64,000 nt of DNA, taken from positions 155,744,001 through 155,808,000 of the forward strand of contig OX597815.1 of assembly GCA_951406725.2 (NCBI GenBank), written 5' to 3'. Position 1 is the stretch's first letter. Every line of letters starts with the position of its first letter. Below are positions 1 through 12,160 of the stretch, piece after piece. This DNA is from Octopus vulgaris (Eukaryota). Both the position numbers and the translations under genes were made by a program. Under the pieces are notes generated by a model. That model did not search any database. It had not been told where the DNA came from and was given only the letters and a program-made list of their open reading frames with translations.

Positions 1-723
1 ATGTCTGATTCAGAGCAAACTGGCACTATAAATCCAGCCATTGAAATAATCCTTCCACTTCAAATGATGGATAGATAGAACAGGCTGCTAAATCTGGTAG
101 TAAACAACACACTGACTGTTTGACAGAAATTCATATCTATACTGTACAAGCAGAAGAATACCAAAAGCTTGTGGATGCCTTACAAGTGATCTGAGAAGGT
201 ATGTTTCAACAGGTCCACAACGTTAATTTGAATGACAGGCCATACAACACCACTATAAGTGAAGAACCCAGTAAATTAGAATTAGAGGCAGTAAATAAAA
301 TAACAAATAAATATCTGAAGATCACACAGTCCAGAGGTATGAAAATACTCTACAAAACCATCAATCTGTTGATATATGTCTCACCTATTATATTACTAGT
401 GTATCACAAAGAGCTGAAGCCATGTAATTGAGATTCAATCAGAAAGCCTGAACCAGCATGGGCACCTAAACTTTAAAATGAAATTTAATTCCTACAAAAA
501 ATAAACCAAAGATCGTTATAGTTATGAAATGTAACACAGGGAACAACTTCTCACAACACCAGGAGGACCTTAGAAAAAATATAAAGGCAATTTGGTGAAC
601 CAGGATTGAAAAACCTAAACTCCAAACTACACCAGCTGAAACAACTCACAGCTACAGCTGAAAAGCTAAAATATAGATCTACAGTATATGAATGACAGAC
701 CCAGACCTCATAACAGGTTACTA

Positions 724-1126
724 GGTGCAGGGGTGGTTCTGTGGTAAGTAGCTTGCTTACCAACCACATGTTTCCGGGTTCAGTCTCACTGTGTGGCACC
801 TTGGGCAAGTGTATTCTACTATAGCCTCAGGGCGACCAAATCCTTGTGAGTGGATTTGGTAGATGGAAACTGAAAGAAGCCCGTCGTATATATATATATA
901 TATATGTATATATGTGTGTATGTGTTTGTGTGTCTGTGTTTGTCCCTCCCCAACATCACTTGACAACCGATGCTGGTGTGTTTACGTCCCCGTAACTTAG
1001 CGGTTCCGCAAAAGAGATTGATAGAATAAGTACTAGGCTTAGAAAGAATAAGTCCTGGGGTCGATTTGCTTGACTAAATGCGGTGCTCCAGCATGGCCAC
1101 AGTCAAATGACTGAAACAAGTAAAAG
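724..1126 (+). mobile_element. tRNA-derived SINE, family A (CORE-like block, internal (TA)n(TG)n)
   Basis: Head with Pol III A/B-box-like motifs (TGTGTGGTAAG...GGTTCAGTC), accttgggcaagtg block, tail ...gactgaaacaagtaaaag; over a dozen full or partial copies in the window. Confidence 0.85.
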
Positions 1127-1909
1127 CTGAAGAATTTCATCTTTTATATGTGTAATCTCTTATGGTTGTATAGAGAATGTATCAAAGGCACATAAAAACT
1201 TCCCAATAAGTATCAAATGCCACTACTCTCCTCATCCCCCAAAACAGCCAAACCATCCTTGCTGAAAATTACCACCCTATACCCTGCCAGAACATCATTT
1301 ACAAATTATACACTGGGTACCTCAATCTGTTCTTCCAGGATCATTGTGCCACCTAAGAAAGTGTGAGGCTGTATACATCAGCTACTGATTAACAAGATGC
1401 CCTGGGTTAAAAAAAAAACAACAGTAAAACATTATAGAAATTTAACCAGTGTGGCTGAACTACCAGCAGGCTTTTGATAACATACCATATGGGTGGATTA
1501 TCTAGGCTTTACAGTTAGCAAAATTCTCAACAACTAGTAAGTGTTATTGAATGCCTGACAAAGGCATGACATAACACTTTGTTCCTTAGGAGTGATAAAG
1601 AGCAAATTGATTCGGATAGCACTCACTACAAAAATGCATCTTTCAGAGTGATAGTTCGTTGGTGTTGCTCTTCATTCTCTCATTAAATCCACTGTCATAG
1701 CTGCTCACAAAACATAGTGACCATAGAAATACATCCAGAAGTATCTCAATTTTTTATTACCTGAAGCTGTATGACTCAAATATCAAATCACATAAAATAA
1801 TATCTGGATCACATTACCCGATTTTCTACAAATATTGGAATGAAATTGATGAAAACATCTATACACACAAAAAAAAATGCTAGTTCTAAAATCTTTCTAA
1901 GAAATCAAC

Positions 1910-2500
1910 AAGGTGTCCAGTACTGAGGAGTGGCAGAAATAGCTTGAAACCTCTACTGATCTACTGGTCCTGTCACTAAGAAATGGTAGGAGTTTGCTCC
2001 TCTGCTTACACTTTTATCAGATGCAGCTGTGTATTGTTAACCAGCTAGAGGAGAAGTCTTTTGGGGGGTTGAAAAATTGCAGTAGGTTCCACTCAAATGG
2101 TCAGCCATATCAAAGTGGCTACGAATATTACTTGCCAGTACAACCACTACGTCGATCTCTTAGGTTTTAGGACTAGCAACTAGCATTTTTGCTTGTTGCT
2201 AAATCAGCAACTGTGTGTTCGCTTGAAATATAAATATATTACGTGCAGAAGTGAGCTGCTATCATCTCTGGCAGATGAGGTGTCCTGTACTGAGGAGTGG
2301 CAGAGATAGCCCAAAACCAGGACAGGTCTACTGATCCCATTGCTAGAAGATGGTAGGAGTTCACTCCCCTGCTTGCAATTTTATTGGATGGGGCAGTGCA
2401 TCATTAACCAGCTAGAGGAGATGTCCTCTTGTGGTTAAAAAATCGCAGTAGAGTCCACTCAGATGGACAGCTATATTAAAGTGGCTACGAATATTACTTG
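1910..2500. repeat. Two diverged ~225-bp direct repeats (1910-2136, 2277-2500)
   Basis: Both begin aggtgtcc(a/t)gtactgaggagtggcaga and end aaagtggctacgaatattacttg. Confidence 0.85.
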
Positions 2501-3272
2501 TCACCTGCAGATAATGTTGACTATATAGAGAGTGATAAGTCAAAAGAATTTTTGTGGAACTTAGAAATTAAGACAGCCATCAAGTTAAAACACCGCCAAT
2601 CAGATATTGTTGTGTGAGACCACAAGGAAAAACTGTGTTGTCATGGAAATCAGCTGCCCTCTGGTTACTAATGTGATTAGAAAAATACAAGAGAAATAGG
2701 ATATCTATGGACCATTGATAAGGAGTTTGCAAATCCAGTATTCAAGATATGCTTTCAGCTACATACTTATTATTATTGTAGAAACAAGATGCATACTGAC
2801 CAGTCTGGAGCAAAAGTTTGGCTGAACTTAGGAATTTGGGGAGAGAACGCAAATACTTGTTTCATATGCTACAAATGATCATGATATTTGGGACTATAAA
2901 CATTGGCAAGACCTTCTTCAGAGTTAAATAATGGTGGTTACAACAAGATGGTTTCCTTCACAACCTAGCTACCAAGCTTTCCTACAAATGATGATACTAA
3001 ACAAATAGTTGCAGACATGGCTGAGTGCTTAGGAAGCTTGCTTCCTAACCATGTGGTCTTGGGTTCAGTCCCATTGCATGGTACCTTGGGCAAGTGTCAT
3101 CTACTACAGCTTCGGCCCAACTAAAACATTGTGAATGAATTTTGTAGGTGGAAACTGAATGATATATTGGAGCACACCTTTCTTTCTTTGATGGAGATAT
3201 TACTGTTATTTTTAGCAGTTTGAGTAACCAAATAGAGGCTCTTTTGTTAGCTTGTACTCTTGTAACTTAATC

Positions 3273-3350
<78 letters not shown>

Positions 3351-3502
3351 GTCTATCTATCTATCTATCTGTCTGTCTGTCTGCCTGTCTGTCTATCTGT
3401 CTGCCTGTCTGTCTGTCTATCTATCAACACATATGTGTGTGTGCAGGCGTGTACGGGCATGTGTGTGTGTGTGTGTTTGTGTGCATGTGTGTGTAAGTGT
3501 GT
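3273..3502. repeat. Compound microsatellite (CTAT)n/(CTGT)n/(TG)n
   Basis: Directly visible. Confidence 0.95.
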
Positions 3503-3786
3503 GTACTATCGTTTTGACAACTCATGATGATTGTAAACGAGCATCACCATCATACAAGCAATGTTTTTCATTTCCAGTCTTTCATGTAAAACATGGCCAA
3601 GGGGAAATAATAACATGCATGGAAACAGGAACCATAAGAAAAATCCAACCATAAGAAAAATCTATCTCAACAAATTCCATCTCATTCATGTGCGTATGGA
3701 TATTAAACGATTATGATAATAAATATCAACAGCTTGAATTACATCACTCTTAGAGAGACTGCAAGGTCCATGAGTACAAATTTGCC

Positions 3787-4149
3787 TCACCGTGGTGATC
3801 TCATTCTCGCTCACAACATCATAAGCGGAAAGTGTAACCTCTCAAAAGAGCTGTTCTTCACTCCTGCTCCAGAGCGTCGGCTGCGGGGTCACTCTGAAAA
3901 GCTCTATCCCTGACAATTTCATCTCAATCGAAGGAGAGGGGCTTTCTCCGTCCGAGTTGCGGATCCGTGGAATAAGCTGCCGGATGAGATAGTGAAGATG
4001 CCGACAACTGCTCGGTTCAAAGTCTCTCTTGACCAGAAATGGCCTGAACTCTTTGCATGAATACCCTCCCTGTACATAACTCCATGTCCCCCTACATGGC
4101 CTTGCTTTTTGCTTTTTGAGCCAAAAAATTAACTTAACTTAACTTAACT
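3787..4149 (+). mobile_element. 3' fragment of CR1-type LINE
   Basis: HRGDLILAHNII...RLRGHSEKL*...RRGAFSVRVADPWNKLPDEIV...FKVSLD is the CR1 ORF2 C-terminus; ends in an (AACTT)n tail. Confidence 0.85.
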
Positions 4150-4426
4150 AGTAAAACAGATACAAATATGCTGGTTCTCTCTCTCTCTCTCTTTCTGTTG
4201 TTACTTGTTATTCCACTATTGTATAATGTGAATAAATCATCCATGCCTTGCCCAGGGATTTGCAGTGAGTCAGGAAAGCTATTTTTATTGATGCATTGTA
4301 TGACAGTTGTGCTATGGCATACTCCAGCCAATCAGGACTGGGCATGTATGAATACTAGTGGCAGTTCTCTGCCCAAGCAGAGAAGAGGAAGTTTTAATTT
4401 AGTTAGCAGAAAGACAGTGGACCAGT

Positions 4427-4810
4427 GGAAGCACTCCGTCGGTTACGACGACGAGGGTTCCGGTTGATCCGAATCAACGGAACAGCCTGCTCGTGAAATT
4501 AACATGTAAGTGGCTGAGCACTCCACAGACATGTGTACCCTTAACGTAGTTCTCGGGGATATTCAGCGTGACACAGAGAGTGACAAGGCCGGCCCTTTGA
4601 AATACAGGTACAACAGAAACAGGAAGTAAGAGTGAGAGAAAGTTGTGGTGAAAGGGTACAGCAGGGATCACCACCATCCACTGCCGGAGCCTCGTGGAGC
4701 TTTAGGTGTTTTCGCTCAATAAACACTCACAACGCCCGGTCTGGGAATTGAAACCACGATTCTATGACCGTGAGTCCGCTGCCCTAACCACTGGGCCATT
4801 GCGCCTCCAC
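4427..4810 (-). mobile_element. tRNA-derived SINE, family D, with 11-bp target-site duplication
   Basis: Minus-strand head gtggaggcgcaatggcccagtggttaggg...ggtttcaattccc; AGTGGACCAGT at 4416-4426 and 4813-4823. Confidence 0.85.
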
Positions 4811-6926
4811 AAAGTGGACCAGTAACATCTGTCTTTCATCATAGAACAGCCACTTTGCTTTGCATACCAACTTTGCATGTACTAGCGTTGAATTGTATCA
4901 CATCTCAACTTGCAACATCAGGAACGGCTCTTTGTTTTCACATCACCTTCACCTTCACGCAGCTAACTCTGAATTATAGCTGCTCTCGCCTTACCATTAA
5001 AATCATATTTCAAATGTAGTGTTAAAAGCCTTTTCATGACTCACATACACACAGGCTACACATCTTACTACTTGTCAGCTCTTGTTAATTAAAAAGTATT
5101 TTCATTATAAAAATTGCCTTCTGATATTTTTCCTTTTACCAACTTTTACATAATAAATTAGACAACACCTTCACTAAACCGGTGACACTATAAATGGACT
5201 TTCTTACATGCACTCACACTAAATGGGTGACCTCCGACAGTGGTGAATTTTTACATTGGTGACTTTCTACACTGGTAATCTTTTTACAGATTCAATATAG
5301 CATTGGTGGAGAGCTGCACATATGTCTGCTATTATTGTTGTTTAACCCTGAACCAGCCTGGACTGAATAGACTTATGATCAGAAGCATTCCATCTTGACT
5401 ATGTTATCTTTTTGGTATAACATCAACTATATATTGGACCACACTTTTCTTTTCTTGATGGAGATTTTACAGTTATTTTTAGCAGTTTGAGTAACCAAAT
5501 AGGGCCTCTTTTGTTAGCTTGTACTCTTGTAACTTAAACTTTTCCATGACCATATTTCTAATGAATCATACGTTTTGTTTAACTTTGAAAGTAATCAAGA
5601 AGTTGGAGGGAATAGGTAAAGCAATTGACTTTGCCTTTTGATACCAACCTGCCTGTAACTACCTCTGGTTCTATTATGCAAACTTCCTATTTTAAAGGGT
5701 CTAAATTAAAACTTTCTTTCAAAATTGATCTATGTTTAGAACACCAGTTTAATAATGGATTTTAATTGAAACTGAACCAGAGTATTCCAACTGATATATG
5801 ATAAGAAAAAGGTTAAGGTGATGCTTGGAATGCAGCTGTACAAAATGTTCTTACATAAAAATGATAGAAAATTAGATATTGGATAAAATGACAGGCAATC
5901 TTAGGTAAGCATATGAAAAGAGTAAAAAAAGTGGCCAATATTTCACTCATTTAGCTAGTAAAAAGCCTCAGGAATCTAACTGAACTAGAAATTGAAAATC
6001 AGAATGTAGATTTAGATTGATGAGAATTTAAATAAGTTGTTGTGTTTCCCCTTTCACAACTTGTTCACACAAAAAAATTATTAGAAATGCAAGCAGTTGT
6101 AATAAAGAGGTTTAAAGTTGTTTAAAGACAATAATTGACTGTCATTTCTGACAGGTAGTGTTTTATTGGAAACATGAGCCAAATATGCTCATTCAAAATG
6201 CATGAGCAATAGAAGATGGTTTCACACTGGTTCACAGAATACCACTCTATTGAAATGAATACAGGAAAATGCAAATTACTCTCTCTCTATATATATGTAT
6301 ATACACATATATATCATCATCATCATCACCATTTAGCATCAGTTGTCTATGCTGGTATGGGTTGGACAGTTTGACCAGGGTTGGTAAGCTGAGGGGCTGC
6401 ACCAGATTCCAGTCTGATTTGGGATGGTTGCTATGGCTGGATGCCCTTCCTAATGCCAACTACTCTAAGACTGTAATAAGTGCTTTTACATGCCACAAGC
6501 ATGGGTACCAGTTGTGTGACACCAGTATCTGCCTTGACTAAGATTTCACCCAGCTTGATGGATCTTTCTTCTCGAAAGGTCTCGATCATTTTTTATTGCT
6601 TCTGGGAGGCCCAGCACTTGAAAAATGCTTTTTATTTTCCACTGGCATGGTTGGTAGTTCTACACACCAGCATCGGCCATATTGCCTCCATGAGGCCCAA
6701 CGCTTGAGAGGTGCTTTTTATGTGCCACCAGTACAGGTGCTAGTTAAGTGACACCAACAACTGTCACAACTATGCTTTCACTTGACTTGATGGGTCACTG
6801 CAAGCATGGCATATTGCCAAATGACTTGATCACTAGTCATTGCCTCAATGAGACCCAGCATTCAAACATCATGCTTCACCATTACATCCCATGTCCTCTT
6901 GGGTCTCCCTCTTCAACAGCATTTAC

Positions 6927-6959
<33 letters not shown>

Positions 6960-7390
6960 GGATTAGGAGTGGCTGTGTGTAAGTAGCTTGTTTACTAACC
7001 ACATGGTTCTGGGTTCAGTCCTACTGCATAGCACCTTGGGCAAGTGTCTTCTACTATAGCCTCAAGCCAATCAAAGCCTTGTGAATGGATTTGGTAGACA
7101 GAAACTGAAAGAAGCCCATCGTATATATATATAAATATGTGTGTGTATATGTTTGTGTATCTGTGTTTGTCCCCCAACATCGCTTGACAACTGATGCTGG
7201 TGTGTATGAACATTTAATGTGGTTTTAGAGTCAAGTTTTGGCTGCTATTTCCAGCGTGTTGGTATCTCTTAGATACTGTAAATTATAATTTTAATAATAA
7301 TTATTAGCTTTGAAGATTTTTATTCACATGCTGCCCGCTTGATAAGATCGGTATTTAAATAACGATCTTATCCTATATAAATTTACACAT

Positions 7391-7421
<31 letters not shown>

Positions 7422-7944
7422 GTGGTGCCTCAGCATCAAGATGGTGCCCCAGAATCAATGTGGTGCCCCAGCATGGCCACAGTCTAATGACTGAAACAAG
7501 TGAAAAAATATATAAAGCTTTTTTTAAATTCTCTCTCTGTTAATTTTCTCCTGTTCCTTTCTGTTGAAGAGCATAGGCTTGAAACATTAAAAAACTTTCT
7601 CACCTTCCTGAGTGTTAAACTAATGCACCTGTTTGTTGTTTATACACCTGTCTTCGTCTTTTGTTTTTCTATAAATTCCAACTATATACATAGTTTATAG
7701 ATGAGAATCAAATCTTCTCCATATAGAATACACTTCATAGTGCTCAAGAGGTTTAAACTTAAGCAAGTAGAGGAGTAAATATAAAGATAAGAAAATTAGG
7801 CAGGTCAATATACAAAGAAAAAATGTATATTTGTTTACATACAAAAAAATCTGACTTACACAGAACAGAAATAACATCAAGAATTTATTCTTGATGTCCA
7901 TTTCTATTGTGTAAGATGGACCTTTTTGTATCTAAGCATGGTAT

Positions 7945-8275
7945 GCCCATGCTAGTGGTATGTAAAAAGCACCATATGTGCGTGGTCAATGCCAGTGCTG
8001 CCTGACTGGCTCCTGTGCCAGTGGCACGTAAAAAGCACCATTCGAGCATGGTCAATACCAGTTCCACCTGACTGGCCTCATGCCAGTGGCTTGTAAAAAG
8101 CACCCACTACACCACTCTCAGAGTGATTGGCATTAGGAAGGGCATCCAGCTGTAGAAACCTTGCCAGATCAGATTGGAGCCTGGTGTACCCTGCTGGCTT
8201 GCCAGTCCACAGCCAAACCATCCAACCCACGCCAGCATGGAAAGCAGATCTTAAACGATGATGATGATGATGATG
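7945..8275 (+). mobile_element. Family B: RTE 3'-end-derived repeat with (GAT)n tail
   Basis: Matches the 3' UTR of the LINE at 12160-15590 (ggcacgtaaaaagcacc units, ttaggaagggcatccagc, aaacgatgatgat). Other copies near 6313-6560(-), 20515-20760(-), 34058-34315(-), 34935-35297(+), 42439-42632(-), 50575-50864(+), 52010-52169(+), 53270-53701(+). Confidence 0.85.
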
Positions 8276-8661
8276 GTGATACCTTGTATATCATCCTACC
8301 TAACTTGCTTATCCTTACATTTACTCCTATATGTATATGTATGTATGCATATGTTTTAATAGCAAGCAGTTCTACTAGTGTTGCAATCACTTTTACATTA
8401 CTTATATAAGCATCCCTCTTGCAAAGCATTGATCTCTCTGTTAAGGCTTGGTATTGATGTGTAAGTTAAAATATGGTTTTTATTTTACAAGCATAACATC
8501 TGTTAACATTAACTGGAAAAGGAATTCATCACAAGTGTAGTTTTGGATACTTTTAATAACTTTATTGGCAGTGACTTTGAAGTTCCACCAGTGCTTTCCT
8601 TGTCAGACCGCATACTGACAAGGCCAACCACTGACAAAACTTTGAAATCACTGCCAACAAA

Positions 8662-8698
<37 letters not shown>

Positions 8699-9096
8699 TG
8701 TATTTTTACAATTGCAGTATGGGAACAGTGAAGATATGTAATTCTGAATTCCAGATAAACTCTAGCAAAAAATTCTGATTGAATTGAATCAAATATATTA
8801 TATACTATCACAGAGTTGTAAAAGTATGAGTGGTAATGTGCTTGTGTCTGCATATCTGTGTGTGTGTGTGCGTGTGTGTGTGTGTGTAATACAAATCATA
8901 ATTATATTCATTAGATTACAGAGCAAAGAAATGGGTCCAGTATTTTTCTGTTTTTTGTAAATATTTTTGTGAACCAGACAGATTTGAGGATGTGAATAGT
9001 TGTAAATATATCAACGAATTCTATATCAAATCATGTGTATATCAACTTATGTAATGATGCCCATATATTTAATGCCATCAGTATATGTAATATCAG

Positions 9097-9305
9097 TTTC
9101 AAGTTTTAGCACAAGGCCAGCAATTTAGGAGTAGGAGTTAATCAATTACATCAACCCCAGTGCTCAACTTGTACATATTTTATCGACCCTGAGAGGATGA
9201 AAGGCAAAGCTGGCCTCAGTAGGATTTGAACTCAAAATATAAAGATGGATGAAATGCCACTAAGCATTCTCCCAGCAAGCTAAAGATCCTACCAGCTCAC
9301 TGCCC
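9097..9305 (-). mobile_element. SINE family C with ~19-bp target-site duplication
   Basis: Shared block gcctttcatcctctcagggtcgataaaat on the minus strand; flanked by atcag(t/c)atatgtaatatca. Other copies near 16300, 18610, 24980, 28152, 32696, 41380, 50085, 59810. Confidence 0.75.
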
Positions 9306-10505
9306 TATCAGCATATGTAATATCAACAATGGGCAAAATGGTTAGTTCTATGTTAATATCTTTTGGACTTATGGGTCTTCCATGTTTTGTCATAATTACA
9401 TTTCCTTACCCAATCAATATCCATCGGAATATAATTGACATTTACTCATTACTGTTGATGATGATTGGTATATCTTCCAGGGATCAACATCCACTAGGAT
9501 TTATATTTTTCGTGTCACTTTTTACCAGTGATAAATTCCTTTTATTATTCATATTTGATGTGAAATCTATACAGATCGCTTGTGCTTATAATTCTGCAGT
9601 CATTTCTTTTGATTTGGTAATACAAAACTACTTAATATATATATATATAAAAGTAAGTTACAAATCATTTCTAAATAATATAGTGGCATTTGACAGTAAA
9701 TTAATCTTCAAATATGCATGTAATATGTCAGTATCCAAGTTGTACATCAGTCATGTCATCTGTACAAAATCTATTAGTATAATTGCTTCAAATAAATGTA
9801 TATCATGTGATATTGATCAAAACGTATCTGCTGTGTAAAACCTCTTGTTATGTCACATCAATACATTATTCATGATGCAATAAAGTATAATATATGCTAC
9901 AAGGCTTGTGTCCTTTCTTTGCTGTCTTTATCATAACTGCAACATCATCTGCTCCTTTAAGCTATCATGATATGCTTTGATCAAAATGCAGCGCAGTCAT
10001 CAGTTCTTTGATTCAAACCATTCTTTCTCTTTAGTAATAACTAACTTAACTACTATTGACCAGTCATTCTGACAATTAACCAAAATTTCATTTATTGGGT
10101 ATTTCTGTATTCATGGTTACACATGGCAACAAATATGGTTCACCTTAAATCAATCTAAATCAGCTAATTGCTAATTACTTGAATAGTGGTGTTGAATCTC
10201 ATTCAACATACATTCATACATACATACATACATACATACATACATACAAACATACATACATACATACATACATATGTACATACATACATACATACATACA
10301 TATGTACATACATACATATATTGTTTATACACAAACTCCATAATTAAGCAACATCTGTTACATCCATAACAAAATTTGTACAGATACAAAGGCAAGATAT
10401 ATACACTTTATACCTGGAAGAAATTAAGCAAATAAAAAACTGATTCAAAGTCAAAAGGTATTTGACATCAGATAAGTAACATTTGTACAAAGAATGTCTC
10501 ATATA

Positions 10506-10895
10506 GGTGCAGGAGTGGCTGTGTGGTAAGTAGCTTGCTTACCAACCACATGGTTCCAGATTCAGTCCCACTGCATGGCACCTTGGGCAAGTGTCTTCTA
10601 CTATAGCATCGGGCCGACCAAAGCCTAGTGAGTGGATTTGGTAGACCGAAACTGAAAGAAGCCCGTCATATATGTGTATATGTGTATATATATATATATG
10701 TGTGTGTATTTGTCCCACCAACATTGCTTGACAACCAATGCTGGTGTGTTTACATCCCGTAACTTAGCCGTTCAGCAAAAGACACCGATAGAATAAGTAC
10801 TAGGCTTACAAAGAATAAGTCCTGGGGTCGATTTGCTCGACTAAAGGCAGTACTCCAGCATGGCCGCAGTCAAATGACTGAAACAAATAAAGAGT
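10506..10895 (+). mobile_element. SINE family A, full length
   Basis: Colinear with the 724-1126 copy. Confidence 0.85.
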
Positions 10896-11404
10896 AAGGC
10901 GAGTATATATTAGACTGCTTCCATTTGTTAAATGTCTTATACTAGTGAACAGTTTGCATGTGTGAGGTAGAGCAGGGACTTGCCAATAGACCAAAGTTTC
11001 ACATGACTTAAGGTTCCTGACACTGAAAATACAGAAAATTTAAAATCAATTGATGCAGACATATCTATGTGGTTAAGAGGCACATTTTGCAACCCTATGG
11101 TTTTGATTTCAGTCTCTTTGCATGGCACCTAGAGCAAGTATCTTCTACTATAGCCACGGCCTGACCACTGTCTTGTGAGTGAATTTGGTTGATAGATATT
11201 GTGTCGAAGTCCATCATATGCTCACGCACATGCACACATGCACATATACACACACACACACACAAAATCATATCATTGTATATGCGTCTTCCATAGGTTG
11301 GATGATTCATGATTCAACAGTATCCAACAGGCCAGAGGATTTTATTGAGCTGCAGTGTCTGCTTTGATGAACTTTCTATGTTTGGATGCTCTTTCTAATG
11401 CCAT

Positions 11405-11912
11405 TCAGACAAAGAACATGCCTCCTCATTGATATGACTGTCCCAACCGATATAAACGTATCTGTCAAGACCTACCAAAAACTGAGCAAATATAAAGATC
11501 TTGAAATAGAAATCAGCAAAATGCGGAACCTGAAAACTAAGACAATACCTGTTGTCATAGGTGCCCTGGGAATGACAGCGAAAGAGGCTGATTGCTACCT
11601 AACTCAGATACCAGGAAACCCCAAAATGGCAGAAATTCAAAAGATAGTGCTCATGGGAACTGCTCATATCCTATGCAAAAGACTCTCTATGTAATCCCAA
11701 GGCTTAAAACAAACTTTTTAAAAAAATTTATTTATTAGACATTCACTAGTATAACACCAAAAAAAAAGGGAGAAAAAAGAAACCCCAAATATATGGCACA
11801 CTAGGCATAACAACAATGTGAACTTCCAACCTGTTGTCTCTTGAGGTCTCTTGAGGTCTCTGGGTGAGACTTGGAGCCAACTTGTACAGACATAAAGCAA
11901 AAGTCAAACATA

Positions 11913-11994
<82 letters not shown>
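11405..11994 (+). mobile_element. 3' end of Dong/R4-like non-LTR element ending in (TAA)n
   Basis: ORF 11386-11694 CLLIDMTVPTDINVSVKTYQKLSKYKDLEIEI...IPVVIGALG...IQKIVLMGTAHIL is an RLE endonuclease C-terminus; followed by 3' UTR and an (AAT)n run at 11913-11994. Confidence 0.85.
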
Positions 11995-12115
11995 TTATCT
12001 TGTTATGCAGTCCATATGGTAAATCATATTTGATTTTAGATATCTCTTGCAGAAAGGGCTAAACAAGTCTTCATATGTCTGTGTGTGTGTATATCTGTCT
12101 GTCTGTCTGTCCTCT

Positions 12116-12159
<44 letters not shown>

Positions 12160-12160
<1 letters not shown>

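Larger units (their letters stand above)
150..2932 (+). mobile_element. Highly degraded R4/Dong-like non-LTR retrotransposon (RT and restriction-like endonuclease relics), interrupted by later insertions
   Basis: About 1635-1697 translates CIFQSDSSLVLLFILSLNPLS (GIFQGDSLSPLLF-type RT motif); about 2550-2800 gives LWNLEIKTAIKLKHRQSDIVV..MEISCPLVTNVIRKIQEK*DIYGPL (RLE-type motif); many stops and frameshifts. The 5' boundary is uncertain. Confidence 0.7.

Noticed and set aside
551-966. Recurrent short ORFs such as ...GLLSVSVYQIHSQGFG...CPRCHAVGLN... seen many times in the ORF track
   Set aside because: They are antisense translations of SINE family A, not a gene family.
9329-9838. 169-aa hydrophobic plus-strand ORF
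   Set aside because: No recognisable motif or splice context; composition is what AT-rich DNA yields by chance.
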